From positions 251,288,001 through 251,352,000 of the forward strand of contig NC_086097.1 of assembly GCF_963921235.1 (NCBI RefSeq): a DNA stretch of 64,000 nucleotides. Reading direction: 5' to 3'. Under the pieces are notes generated by a model that ran no database searches, was not told the DNA's origin, and saw only the letters and a list, made by a program, of their open reading frames with translations. The translations under genes and the position numbers were made by a program. The DNA comes from Mobula hypostoma (lineage: Eukaryota). Shown here piece after piece: positions 1-13,285 of this stretch (position 1 is the first letter of the stretch; each line of letters opens with the position of its first letter).

Positions 1-3000
1 TGCTCCCAGTTTTGTTCCAAGTTTAAACTTCAAATTTAAAATTTTTATTTGCTGATTCTTGAGGGGGAACAATATGTCTATGAGGAGTGGGAAGAACTTG
101 TCTGAACCTAGTGACAAAGGCAGTGGGAAAGGAAAGATGCAAAAGGAACAATCTGATGAAATGCCACCATGGGCTGAAGATATGGTTCGGACACTGAATT
201 CAATTAAAGTTCAGAACGGTTCAATTAAAGACCAACTGGAAAAGAATAGTAATTAAATGAAGTCATTTCTGGGAAAACTTAAAGACCTGAAACTCAAGTT
301 ATTAGACACAAAGAGGAATTGAAGATAACTAAGCAAAAATTGTTTGAAACTACAACTCGTTTGGAAAGATATCAAAATAAGATTATTGACCTGGAAACTA
401 GGTCTCGCCGAAGGAATATATGAATTGTTAGGCTGCAGGAAGGAGCCAAAGATGGAGATTTACCTGCTTACTTTGGTAAGCCTTTTCATACCTTACTTCC
501 TACCATATTATCACAGCTGCCTACTATAGAAAGAGCACACAGAGCCTTTATTTTGAGACCTCAAGATCCAAATAAACCAAGGTCTGTTCTGGTTTGTTTT
601 CATCACTTTAAAATTAGAGATCAAGTAATGCGACAGGCAAGAAAACAGAAGAGTTTTTAGATTTAAGGAATCTGAGCTCCATTTTTATGAGGATTATCCG
701 AAGGAGGTAATGGAACAAAGATCAAAATTTGCTCTGCTAATGAAACAGGCATGTGATAAGAAACTGTTTCCTTCCTTGTGTTACCCAACAAGAATTAAAG
801 TTTTTTCTCCTAATTCTCCTCCTCGTACATTTTTTGATCCTGAAGTTACACTGGCGTTCGTTCTAACTATACCTGCTGCAGCTGTCAAATGAACTGTCTG
901 GAAGACTGTTTGGCTATCTGTATATTATTGGCATTTCGGAAAGAAGATTTATGAAGATTACTTGGACATTTCACTGAGAGACCATTAAAAGAAGATAAGG
1001 GGATTTGTTCATTATTGCCTATCATTGGTTTTTTTTGGAAAGAAGATCTATGGTTCAAGTATGACTGTTTAAATGGTTATTCGGACATTCGACTGAGAAA
1101 AGAAGATGCTTTATACTTTATACTTTATTGTTGCTAAACAATTGATACTAGAACATACAATCATCACAGCGATATTTGATTCTGCGCTTCCCGCTCCCTG
1201 GATTACAAATATTAAATATTAAAAATAGTAAAAATTAGTAAATATTAAAAATTTAGATTCTAAATCATAAATAGAAAATAGAAAAATGGAAAGTAAGGTA
1301 GTGCAAAAAAACCGAGAGGCAGGTCCAGATATTTGGAGGGTACGGCCCAGATAAAGAGACTTGTTCCTTTAACCTAATATTTGGTTTGATGTTTTTTTTG
1401 TTTCTTTCTTTATTAATTAATTGGTAGTTTTTCCTACTAATGGAGCTTTTTTTTAATATATATTTAGGGAAGGGTTCAATCACTTATATAACATTACTAG
1501 TTGGTATTTTTGCCTTTTTGTTTTTTTTTGAAAACTGTGTTGATCTGTTATCAAATGCTATGCTTAGGTTTTTCTAGATAATATATTTTAGATAATAATT
1601 GTTTTTTTTAAATTTCTTTTCAATATATTAGTACTTTTTTTTCATATAATAGAATATTATAGCATCTTATAACCAAATTTAAAGCTTTTTTTAGCGATTT
1701 AATGTTAAATTTAAGATGGCGCTGATTTTTCATTTTAAGAGATAACATTTTTTTGGTTCTTTTTTGTTTAAAAAAGATGAAATATACACATGGGATAGTT
1801 TGTAGATGCTGGAATGTAAACACTTTCCTTTGCTGAGACTTTGTTGCTCCTCTTACAAGGTCAGTGGGTTTTGTTTTTTTTAAACTGGAGGAGGGAGAGA
1901 GAATCTTTTAAAATCTTTTTTGTACAGACAGAGCAGTCCCTGGCTTTGTATTCTATCATAGGGTGCCTGCTTTTTTTTTCGGGCTATGGGGGGAGGGGGT
2001 GGGGTTAGAGTTAGGGGTTTTTTCCCATTGGGTGGTTCCGGAGCATGCGTGTTTTCTATGTGGTTGTATTCTTCATTGCCACCATTTTTGATCATCCCGT
2101 ATTGGTATGTGCTCTGCGCATGTGTAAAGTAGAATAAAATTATAGTATGGTACTTAAACGGATTAATGTAATAAGTTGGAATGTACATGGTTGGAATCAT
2201 CCTATCTAATGAAAAAAGACTTCTAAAATCATTAACCGATTCCAACCTGATATAATTTTTGCCCAAGAGACACATATCAGGGTGGTAGATCAAAATAGTT
2301 TTTTTGGATGGTGGAGGGGTTTGCAATTTCACTCCACTTCTCAGAGTAAAACTAAGGGCGTGTCCATCTTTATGAAGTCCAATATATTTATTCAAGAGGA
2401 TATTAAGTCAGCTTTTAATGGTAGATTTTTAATTGTTAAAGGAGTAATCTGTAACAGAAAAGTTGTTTTGGTTAATTTGAAAGGTCCTAACTTAGATGAT
2501 CCTTTTTTTAAAAAATGTATTTGCTTTACTGCTTGATTTAAATGAATATATGTTGATAATGGGCGGGGATTTTAACTGTTGTTTAAATCCTTTGATTAAC
2601 AAGTACTCAACCAATCAACGACTTCCAAATCGCTCCACATCACTTATTAACTCCTTTTTGACCGATTTTGGATTGATTGAACTATGGAGATTTTACACCC
2701 TGATGACAGAGAATATTCTTTTTTTCACATGTTTATAAAAAATATTCGAGGATCGATTATATCATAGTTGATCCTCGCTTCTTGCGTAGTCTTAAGAATT
2801 GTGAATATGACGCTATTGCTATATCTGATCATGCGCCTCTGAGTTTGTCTTTGGAATTTGGTTATATCATTCTTGCCCGCCCACCATGGTGCCTGTCTCA
2901 GACATTATTGTAGAACTGTGACTTTGTCAGCTTCATTGAAACCCAGATAAAAGATTTTTTTCTTTTTAATGATATAGGGGGTACGTCTAAATTAATCATA

Positions 3001-6000
3001 TGGGATACATTTAAAGCATTTTTACGTGGTCAGATAATTTCTTATTCAGCTAAGCTAATAAGAAAACAGACTAAAATAGAATTAGATACGATTTCAAAAC
3101 AAATTAAAGACTTAGATAATATTTATGCAATCTCCCCTAATATTGATTTATTCAAACAAAGGCTGGAACTCTAATCACAATATAATTTATTATTAACTCA
3201 TCCTATTGAAGGCTACTTGCTTAAGCTAAAGAGCCAATTTTATATGTTTGGAGATAAAAATAACAAACTGCTTGCATCTCAATTAAAAATGACTAGAGCT
3301 AAAAGGCAAATTTTGAAAATCCGTAGGAAAGATGGTACCCTGGCTTGGGAATATTAAAAAATTAATAAGATTTTTCAAGATTTTATACTGAACTTTATAA
3401 ATCTCAATGTCCAGTAGATTCTTCTAAAATGAATGCTTTCTTATGAAAGATTGCTTTTCCTCAAATTTCTGTTGAGGATCAAAAAACTCCTGATGCCCAA
3501 ATTACTGAAGCCGAAATTCATTCAAAGCTTTTCTTTCAATGCAATCTGGTAAGGCCCCTGGACTTGATGGCTATCCTGTAGAATTTTATAAAAAATTTGG
3601 AAAATTGCTTTCTCCGTATATGTTGGAAATGTTTAAGGATTCTTTTGTGAAAAGTGATTTACCCTATACTTTCTATGAGGCTTCTATTTCTTTAATTCTT
3701 GAAAAGGGTAAAGATCCTACTGATTGTGCCTCATATAGACCTATTTCATTATTGAAAGTCAATGCTAAGATTCTGTCAAAGATAATGGCCAATCGGTTGG
3801 AAAATATTTTGGGTAAAATTATTTCTAAAGATCAAACAGGCTTTATAAAGGGTCGTTATTCCTTTTCCAATGTTCAGAGATTATTTAACATTATATATTC
3901 ATCCTCTTTTAAAACTCCACAATGCGTTGTCTCTTTGGATGCTGAAAAAGCATTTGATTGAGTGAATGGAAATATTTATTTAATGTTTTAGAGAAAATTG
4001 GCTTTGGTGTTAATTATAATAATTGGATTAGAATGATATATAAAACTATTGCTACTGTTATTACTAATAACTGCAGATCCCCTTTTTTCAGCTTTCAGAG
4101 GGGACAAGACAAGGTTAAGTCCTTTGTTATTTAATTTAATATTAGAATCCCTTGCTATTGCTCTTCCTGAAGCTAAAGACATTTATGGGGATTTTGTGAA
4201 TAAGACCATTCATAAGATTGCTCTTTATGCTGACAATTTACTGGTTTATCTATCCAATCCCAAGGAATCTATCCCTGCCTTGCTAAAGTTATTTAATGAA
4301 TTTGGAGATTTTTCGGGATATAAAATAAATTTTAGTAAAAGTGAACTGTTTCCTTTAAATGAATCAGTTTCTATATATGAAAATACTCCTTTCAAAGTCA
4401 CGGATTCCTTTAGATATTTAGGTGTTATAATCACTAAAAAATATAAGGATCTTTATAAAGCTAATTTTGTTCCCTTGGTAGACTCTATGAAGTATTTATT
4501 TAGTAGATGGAACCCACTTACATTTTCACTTGCTGGTTGCATCCACATAGTTAAAATGATGATTTTACCAACATTTTTATATTTATTTCAGAATATCCCT
4601 GTTTTTCTGACTAAGAAATGTTTTGATTGGATTGATTCTATTATTTTATCTTTTATTTGGAATAATAAAATACTTAGAATTACTAAATGTCATTACAAAA
4701 GTTGAAAAAGGATGGAGGTCTCACTTTGCCTAATTTAAGAATGTATTACTGGGCTGTTAATGTGTGATATATGTCCTTTTGGTTACATTGGGTTGATAAG
4801 AACGATCGGCCAATTTGGGTAGACTTGGAATTGAAAGCCATGAAACAGTTTTATTTAACCTCGTTATTAGGAGCTGCTTTACCTATACAATTAGTTAAAG
4901 TTGCTAATTTAAATTTATACCCTGTGATTAAGCATTCGTTACAAATTTGGCTCCAGTTCCGTAATTTTTTTAATCTTAAAAAATTTAAACTCCATAGTTT
5001 AATTTATCGAAATTACTTTTTTAAGCCTTCTTTGAGTGATCCAATTTTTTTATTTTGGAAAGATAAAGATATTAATTCTGTTTTGGATTTATTTAAAGAA
5101 GATAGATTGATGTCTTCTGAACAATTAGTTGATAAATATTCTCTTTCATACTCATACTTTCTGCAATACCTTCAAGTTAGACATTTTTGACAAAAATATT
5201 TAAGTAATTTTCCTTACATATTGGAGGCTGACCTGTTAGATACTATTATGAGTACAAATCCTTCGATCAAGGGTTCTATTGGAAGAATTTATAATTTATT
5301 ATTATAATGAGATAAGCGTCCTTTATCTAAGATTAAACAGGATTGGGAAAAGGAACTCAATTTGACTTTTATGATGGAGGAGTGGATGCGGATTTTGATG
5401 TTGGTTAACTCTTCTTCAATTTGTGCTAGCCATTCATTGATTCAATTTAAAATTGTACATCGTTATCAGTTGACGAAGGAGAGACTTTCTAAAATCTTTT
5501 CTAATGTTGATAGTCATTGTGATAGATGTAAAACTGAGATAGCTACACTGACACATATGTTTTGATCTTGTTCTATACAGGAACAGTTTTGAAAGTCAGT
5601 TTTTTCTACAATTTCTAAAGCACTTAAAATTAATTTACAACCTAACAAATTAACTGTGCTTTTTGGAATAATTCCTCAAAATATCTGTGGTACCTCTTTG
5701 TCTGACCAACATGTTATTACATGTGTTATATTGATAGCTAGGAGGGCCATTTTGTTGAAGTGGAAGGATACGTTGGCTCCCATTTTGTCACAATGGTTCT
5801 CTCAAGTGATGCTATGTCTTAGTTTGGAGAAAATTACAGATCGAACCTTTGAATCTATGTTTGATTTTGAGAAAAGATGGGGTTCATTTGTTCGTTACTA
5901 TCATTTGAGTTAATTGATAGATTTCCTGCACGATCTAATTGTAAATTTTTGGTACATTTTTCTTCTTGCTGGTGGTTTGATGTTTATCTTTAGAAGCTTT

Positions 6001-6222
6001 TTGTATAACACATGGCTCCGGGGTTGAACACCTAATGGAGCTTTTTTCTCACTTTTCTTTGCTTTAGTAGGGTTTTTTTTTCTGTTTTTTCGTCACCAAA
6101 ATTTTTTCAATCTTTAAAACAATGTTTTTTTTTCTCTTGAGACATTATAAGTGTTGCCTACTTCAATGTACTCTTGTTGATTTTGGATAATAATAATAAA
6201 AAGATCTGAAAAGAAAAGAAAA
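1..6222 (+). mobile_element. Decayed near-full-length L1-clade LINE
   Basis: ORF1 remnants 59-892 (ERAHR; FYEDYP). ORF2 starts at ATG 2147 (SWNV.G.NHP endonuclease), with GKAPGLDG, YRPISLL, SLDAEKAFD, LYAD and a C-terminal CDRC...H motif. Many stops and frameshifts. A-rich tail about 6185-6222. Confidence 0.92.
1108..1352 (-). mobile_element. 3'-end fragment of a Rex1/Babar-like LINE inserted in the L1 inter-ORF region
   Basis: Close match to 11470-11692, including the (ttatact)n tail; flanked by agat/agat. Confidence 0.85.
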
Positions 6223-6290
6223 ATGGTTTGACACAACCAAGAAGGACCAAAAGGCCTGTTTCTGTGCTGTAATGTTCTATGGTTCTATGG
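6223..6290 (+). mobile_element. CR1 3' tail fragment
   Basis: Matches the CR1 3' end at 27297-27381 (aaaaggcctgtttctgtgctgta..ttctatgg). Confidence 0.7.
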
Positions 6291-9200
6291 ATTGGTGATA
6301 ACATATCCTCCTCGCTGACGATCAACACTGGTGCACCTCAGGGGTGTGTGCTTAGGCCATTGCTCTGCTCTCTATATACACATGACTATGTGGGTAGACA
6401 TAGCTCAAATACCATCTACAAACCTGCTGATGATACAACCATTATTGGTAGAATCTCAGATGGAGACGAGAGGGCGTACAGGAGTGAGATATGCCAAATA
6501 ATGGAATGGTGCCGCAGCAACAACCTGGCACTCAACGTCAGTAAGACGAAAGAGCTGAATGTGGACTTCAGGAAGGGTAAGATGAAGGAACACATACAGG
6601 GGACGGCCATGGTGACCGGGTCTCTGGCACTGAGCCTGGCGCTGTTGTGCAGTAGGGAAGGAGGGAGAAGAGGAATGCAGTAATCATAGGGGATTCCATA
6701 GTCAGGGGAACAGAAAGGAGAATCTGTGAGCCTGATAGAGGTACCCGCATGGTGTGTTGCCTCCCGGGTGCCAGGGTACGGGATGTCTCGGATCGGGTCC
6801 AGAATATTCTGAAAGGAGGGTGTGAGCAGCCAGTTGTCTTGGTACATGTTGGTACCAATGACATTGATAGGAAAAGGGAGGAGGTCCTGAAGAGAGATTT
6901 CCGGGAGTCAGGTAGGAAGCTGAGAAGCAGGACCTCCAGGGTAGTAATCTCGGGATTGCTACCTGTGCCACGTGCTAGCGAGGGCAAGAATAGTAGGATC
7001 AGGCAGATGAATGCGTGGCTGAGAGACTGGTGCAAGGGGCAGGGCTTCAGATTCTTGGATAATTGGGATCTCCTCTGGGGGAAGTAGGACGTGTTCAAAA
7101 AGGACAGGTTACACCTGAACCCGAAGGGGACCAATATCCCAGCGGGAAAGTTTAATAGAGCTGTTAGGGAGGGTTTAATCTAATTTGGCAGGGGGATGGG
7201 AACCAGAATGATAGAGCAGAGGAGGGGGAAAATAGAAATAAATTTAAGATAGTGAGCAGTAAAGATGTCAGGAAGGACAGGCAGGTGATGGGGCAAATTT
7301 GCAGCCATTGGGATGAGTTGCAGTGTAATAAGGTTGCAGTGCAATCAGAGCAATAAGTACCAAATACTGGACTTAATGTGTTATACTTAAATGCACGCAG
7401 CATAAGGAATAAGGTGGATGATCTTGTACAGCTACAGATTTGCAGGTATGATATTGTGGCCATCACTGAGACCTGGCTAAAGGATGCATGTCTCTGGGAG
7501 CTGAACGTCCAAGGATACACGGTGTATCGGAAGGAGAGGCAGGTAGGCAGAAGGGTTGGCGTGGCTTTATTGGTAAGAAATGATATTAAATCATTAGAAA
7601 GAGGTGACATAGGATCGGAAGGTGCAGAATCTTTATGGGTTGAACTAAGAAATCGCAGGGGTAAAAGGACCCTGATGGCAGTTATATACAGGTCTCCTAA
7701 CAGCTGCAGTGCTGTGGACTACAAATTACAACAGGAAATAGAAAAGGCTTGTCAGAAGGGCAGTGTTATGATAATTGTGGGGTATTTTAACATGCGAGTG
7801 GATGGGGAAAATCAGGTCGGCACTGGATCTCAAGAGAGAGAATTTGTAGACTGTCTGCGAGATGGCTTTTTAGAACTACTTGTTGTTGAGCCCACTAGGG
7901 GATCGGCTGTACTGGACTGGATATTGTGTAATGAACCAGAGGTGATTAGAGAGATTGAGGTGAAGGAACCCTTAGGAAACAGTGATCATAACATGATTGA
8001 GTTCACTGTGAAATTTGAGAAAGAGAGGCTGAAATCCGATGTGTCAGTATTTCAGTGGAGTAAAGGAAATTACAGTGGCATGAAAGAGGAACTGGCCAAA
8101 GTTGACTGGAAAGGGACGCTAGCGGGAAGGACGACAGAGCAGCAGTGGCTGGAGTTTATGTGAGGAGTGAGGAAGGTGCAATACAGATATATTCCAAAAA
8201 AGAAGACATTTTCGAATGGAAAAAGGATGCAACCGTGGCTGACAATAGAAGTCAAAGCCAAAGTTAAAGCAAAGGAGAGGGCATACAATGAAGCAAAAAT
8301 TAGTGGGAAGACAGAGGATTGGGAAGTTTTTAAAACCTTACAAAAGGAAACTAAGAAGGTCATTAAGAGGGAAAAGATGAACTATGAATGGAAGCTAGCA
8401 AATAATATCAAAGAGGATACTAAAAGCTTTTTCAAGTATATAAAGAGTAAAAGACAGGTGAGAGTAGATATAGGACTGATAGAAAATGATGCTGGAGAAA
8501 TTGTAATGGGAGATAAGGAGATGGCAGAGGAACTGAAGGAGTATTTTGCATCAGTCTTCACTGAGGAAGACATCAGCAGTATACCAGACACTCAAGGGAG
8601 TCAGGGAAGAGAAGTGTGTTCAGTGTCAATTATGACAGAGAAAGTACTCAGGAAGCTGAATAGGCTAAAGGTAGATAAATCTCCCGGACCAGATGGAATG
8701 CACCCTCGTGTTCTGAAGGAAGTAGCTATGGAGATTGCGGAGGCATTAGCAATGATCTTTCAAAAGTCGATAGATTCTGGCATGGTTCCAGAGGACTGGA
8801 AGATTGCAAATGTCACTCCACTACTTAAGAAGGGGGCAAAGAAGCAAAAAGGAAATTATAGACCTGTTAGCTTGACATCGGTGGTTGGGAAGTTGTTGGA
8901 GTTGATTGTCAAGGGTGAGGTTACAGAGTACCTGGAGGCATATGACAAGATAGGCAGAACTCAGCATGGTTTCCTTAAAGGAAAATACTGTCTGACAAAC
9001 CTATTGCAATTTTTTGAGGAAATTACAAGTAGGCTAAACAAGGGAGTTGCAGTGGATGTTGTATATTTGGATTTTCAGAAGGCCTTTGACAAGGTGCCAC
9101 ACATGAGGCTGCTTAACAAGATAAGAGCCCATGGAATTACGGGAAAGTTACATACGTGGATAGAGCATTGGCTGATTGGCAGGAAACAGAGAGTGGGAAT

Positions 9201-10925
9201 AAAGGGATTCTATTCTGGTTGGCTGCTGGTTACCAGTGGTGTTCCACAGTGGTCCGTGTTGGGGCCACTTCCTTTTATGTTGTACATCAACGATTTGGAT
9301 TATGGAATAGATGGCTTTGTGGCTAAGTTTGCTGACGATACGAAGATAGGTGGAGGGGCCGGTAGTGCTGAGGAAACAGAGAGTCTGCAGAGAGACTTGG
9401 ATAGATTGGGAGAATGAGCAAAGAAGTGGCAAATGAAATACAGTGTTGGAAAGTGTATGGTTATGCACTTTGGCAGAAGAAATAAACGGGCAGACTATTA
9501 TTTAAATGGGGAGAGAATTCAAAGTTCTGAGATGCAACGCTACTTGGGAGTCCTCGTGCAGGATACCCTTAAGGTTGGGTCAGTGGTGAAGAAGGCGAAT
9601 GCAACGTTGGCATTCATTTCCAGAGGAATAGAGTATAGGAGCAGGGATGTGATGTTGAGGCTCTATAAGGCGCTGGTAAGACCTCACTTGGAGTACTGTG
9701 GGCAGTTTTGGGCTCCTTATTTAAGAAAGGATGTGCTGACGTTGGAGAGGGTTCAGAGAAGATTCACTAGAATGATTCCGGGAATGAGAGGGTTAACATA
9801 TGAGGAACGTTTATCCGCTCTTGGACTATTTTCCTTGGAGTTTAGAAGAATGAGGGGGGACCTCATAGAAATATTTTGAATATTGAAAGGCATGGACAGA
9901 GTGGATGTGGCAAAATTGTTTCCCATGGTGGGGGAGTCTAGTACGAGAGGGCATGACTTAAGGATTGAAAGGCGCCCATTCAGAACAGAGATGCAAAGAA
10001 ATTTTTTTAGCCAGAGGGTGGTGAATCTATGGAATTTGTTTCCACGGGCGGCAGTGGAGGCCAAGTCATTGGGTGTATTTAAGGCAGAGATTGATAGGTA
10101 TCTGAGTAGCCACGGCATCAAAGGTTAAGGTGGGGGAGTGGGACTAAATGCCAGAATGGATTAGCTCATGATAAAATGGCGGAGCAGACTTGATGGGCTG
10201 AATGGCCGACTTCTGCTCCTTTGTCTTATGGTCTTATACCAATCCTCATAGAGGGATCAGAAGTGGAGAGAGTGAGCAGCTTCAAGTTCCTGGGCATCAA
10301 GATCTCTGAGGATCTAACCTGGTCCCAACACATTGATGTAGTCATTAAGAAGGCAAGACAGCTGCTATGCTTTATTAGGAGTTTGAAGAGATTTGGCATG
10401 TCAACAAATACACTCAAAAACTTCTATAGTTGTACCGTGGAGAGCATTCTGACAGGCTGCATCACTGTCTGGTATGGAGGGGCTACTGCACAGGACTGAA
10501 AGAAGCTGCAGAAGGTTGTAAATCTAGTCAGCTTCATCTTGGGCACTAGCCTGCAAAGTACCCAGGACATCTTTAGGGAGCGGTGTCTCAGAAAGACAGC
10601 GTCCATTATTAAGGACCTCCAGCACCCAGGGCATGCCCTTTTCTCACTGTTACCATCAAGTAGGAGACACAGAAGCCTGAAGGCACACACTCAGCGATTC
10701 AGGAACAGCTTCTTCCCCTCTGCCATCCGATTCCTAAATGGACATTGAAGCTTTTCACACTACCTCACTTTTTTTAATATACAGTTTTACACATTTTAAA
10801 AAATCTATTCAATACGCATAATTGCTTTGTTATTATTTTTTTTCTCTCTCTGTTAGATTATGTATTGTATTGAACTGCTGCTGCAATGTTAACAAATTTC
10901 ATGTCACATGCCTGATTCTGATTAT
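6291..10925 (+). mobile_element. Rex1/Babar-like LINE 3' half, split by a CR1 insertion (6291-6597 and 10236-10925)
   Basis: TGAPQGCVL...ADDTT...DFRKGKMKEHI resumes as PILIEGSEVERVSSFKFLG. The uninterrupted junction is present in the copy at about 32100 (-). Confidence 0.85.
6598..10237 (+). mobile_element. CR1 LINE, 5'-truncated in ORF1; ORF2 colinear with a few stops
   Basis: ORF1 SGNH-esterase motifs (GDSIVRG, VHVGTND, D.LHLN). ORF2 has an APE endonuclease (YLNARS, ITETW, SDH) and RT (NYRPVSL, DFQKAFD, FADD). Tail (tcttatgg)n. Confidence 0.95.
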
Positions 10926-11469
10926 TTATTTTTTATGTTGTACGGTATTTGCACAGTTTGTTGTCGTTTGCACATCGGTTATTTGTCCATCCTGTTGGGC
11001 GCGGTCTTTCATTGATTCTATTATGCCTTTTGGATTTACTGTGTATGCTCGCAAGAAAATGAATCTTAGGGTTGTATATATGGACGTATATGTACTTAGA
11101 TAGTAAGTTTACTTTGAACATTGACATCCACTCACATGTATCCGAGGAGGTCAATGTAGTGCAAGAGGAACTCAAACACAGGAGGTTCTGCAAATACTTG
11201 AAATCTAGAGCAACATACACAAAATGCCGGAGGAACTCAGCGGGTCCATGGAGAGATTGCACATTAATTATGACATTAAGGGAAATGGATCAAGAGCTAT
11301 TTTAGGAGATGGGCCTCCCTATAACTGCGTGACAAGAAGGAATTTACCGGCGATCACTCTGAGTCTGAATGTGCCGAGGTTTTACTGCTGCTTTAGAACA
11401 CACCCAAACTGCCAGAAGAACTCAGCAGGTCAGAGAGCGTCTATGGAAAGAAATATACAGCCAATGTTT

Positions 11470-12990
11470 TTTACTTTATACTTTATACTTTATTGTCGCC
11501 AAACAATTGATACTAGAGCGTACAATCATCACAGCGATATTTGATTCTGCGCTTCGCGCTCCCGGGAGTACAAATCACTAGTAAATATTAAAAACTTAAA
11601 TTATAAAACATAAGTAGAAAATAGAAAAGGGAAAGTAAGGTAGTCCAAAAAAACCAAAAGGCAGGTCCGTATATCTGGAGCGTACGGCCCAGATCCAGGT
11701 CAGGATCCGTTCCGCAGTCTTATCACAGTTGGAAAGAAGCTGTTCCCAAATCTGGCCATACGAGACTTCAAGCTCTTGAGTCTTCTCCTGGAGGGAAGAG
11801 AGACAAAAAGTGTGTTGGCTGGGTGGGTCGTGTCCTTGATTATCCTGGCAGCCCTGCTCCGACAGCGTGTGGTGTAAAGTGAGTCCAAGGATGGAAGGTT
11901 GGTTTGTGTGATGTGCTGCGCCGTGTTCACGATCTTCTGCAGCTTCTTTCGGTCTTGGACAGGACAGCTTCCATACCAGGTTGTGATGCATCCTAAAAGA
12001 ATGCTTTCTATGGTGCGTCTATAAAAATTAGTGAGGGTTTTAGGGGCCAGGCCAAATTTCTTCAGCTTTCTCAGGGAGTAAAGGCGCTGGTGGGCCTTCT
12101 TGGCAGTGAACTCTGCTTGGTTGGACCAAGTCAGGTCATTTGTGATGTTGACCCCGAGGAACTTAAAGCTTTTGACCTGTTCCACTTGTGCACCACCGAT
12201 GTAAATGGGGTCATGCTGTCCACCACTCCTTCTGAAGTCAACAACCAATTCCTTCGTCTTGTTGACGTTGAGGGATAGGTTATTGTCTTTGCACCATGCC
12301 ACCAGGTTCTTAATTTCCTCTCTGTACTCAAACTCATCATTACCCGAGATATAGCCTACAATTGTGGTGTCATCAGCAAACTTATATATTGAGTTCGATG
12401 GAAACTTGGCTACACAATCATGGGTGCACAGTGAATACAGCAGGGGGCTGAGTACACAGCCTTGTGGAGCACCGGTGCTCAGAGTGATTGTAGAGGAGAG
12501 CTTGTCCCCTATTTTTACAGCCTGGGTCCTGTCTGTGAGGAAGTTGAAGATCCAGCTGCAGATCTGAGTGCTAAGGCCCAGGTTCCGGAGCTTAGGAATC
12601 AGTTTATTTGGAATGATGGTATTAAAGGCAGAGCTGTAGTCAATGAAAAGGAGCCTTACATATGTGTCTTTATTCTCCAGGTGTTCTAAGGAGGAATGTA
12701 GGGCCAGAGAGATGGCATCTGCCATCGACCTGTTGCTCCGGTAGGCAAATTGCAAAGCGTCGAGTTTGACCAGTAGGCTGTGGTTGATGTGTGCCATAAC
12801 CAATCTCTCGAAGCACTTCATAGCAATTGATGTCAGAGCCACTGGTCGATAGTCATTCAGACATGCCACCTTGCTCTTCTTCGGCACCGGGATTATCGTT
12901 GCCTTCTTGAAACCCGAGGGGATCTTAGACTGAAGCAAGGAGCAGTTGAAGGTGTTAGCAAACACTCCAGCTAGCTCGCTTGCACAGTTC
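11470..12990 (-). mobile_element. 5'-truncated Rex1/Babar-like LINE with an uninterrupted 421-aa RT ORF (11700-12965)
   Basis: [34 protein letters not shown] and FKFLG motifs; inserted into a Penelope pLTR-like remnant (11399-11469 and 12991-13130). Confidence 0.92.
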
Positions 12991-13285
12991 GTTTTGAGCT
13001 GAGGCTTTTCGCCGGGATTGAAAAGGAAAGGGGTAGCAGACAGAATAAAGGGTTAGAAGTGATTTGGAGGGGGGGTATGATTGGCTGGTGATAGGTAAGC
13101 CCAGGTGAGAGGGAAAGGAAATTATGTATGAACACAAGAGAGTCTGCAGACGCTGGAAATCTGGAACAACACCACAAAATGCTGCAGGAACTCAGCAGGT
13201 CAGGCAGCATCTATGGCAGGAAATGAACAAGTAAACATTTCGGGCTGAGACCCTTCATTGGAACTGGAAAAGGAAGAGGGGAGTG

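Noticed and set aside
6749..7087. Host SGNH/GDSL esterase gene
   Set aside because: It is the known esterase domain of CR1 ORF1, directly upstream of CR1 ORF2; a second remnant is at about 47280-47730.
7378..10128. Intact active CR1 or host reverse-transcriptase gene
   Set aside because: In-frame stops at about 8161, 9415 and 9877 and a truncated ORF1; a dead TE copy.
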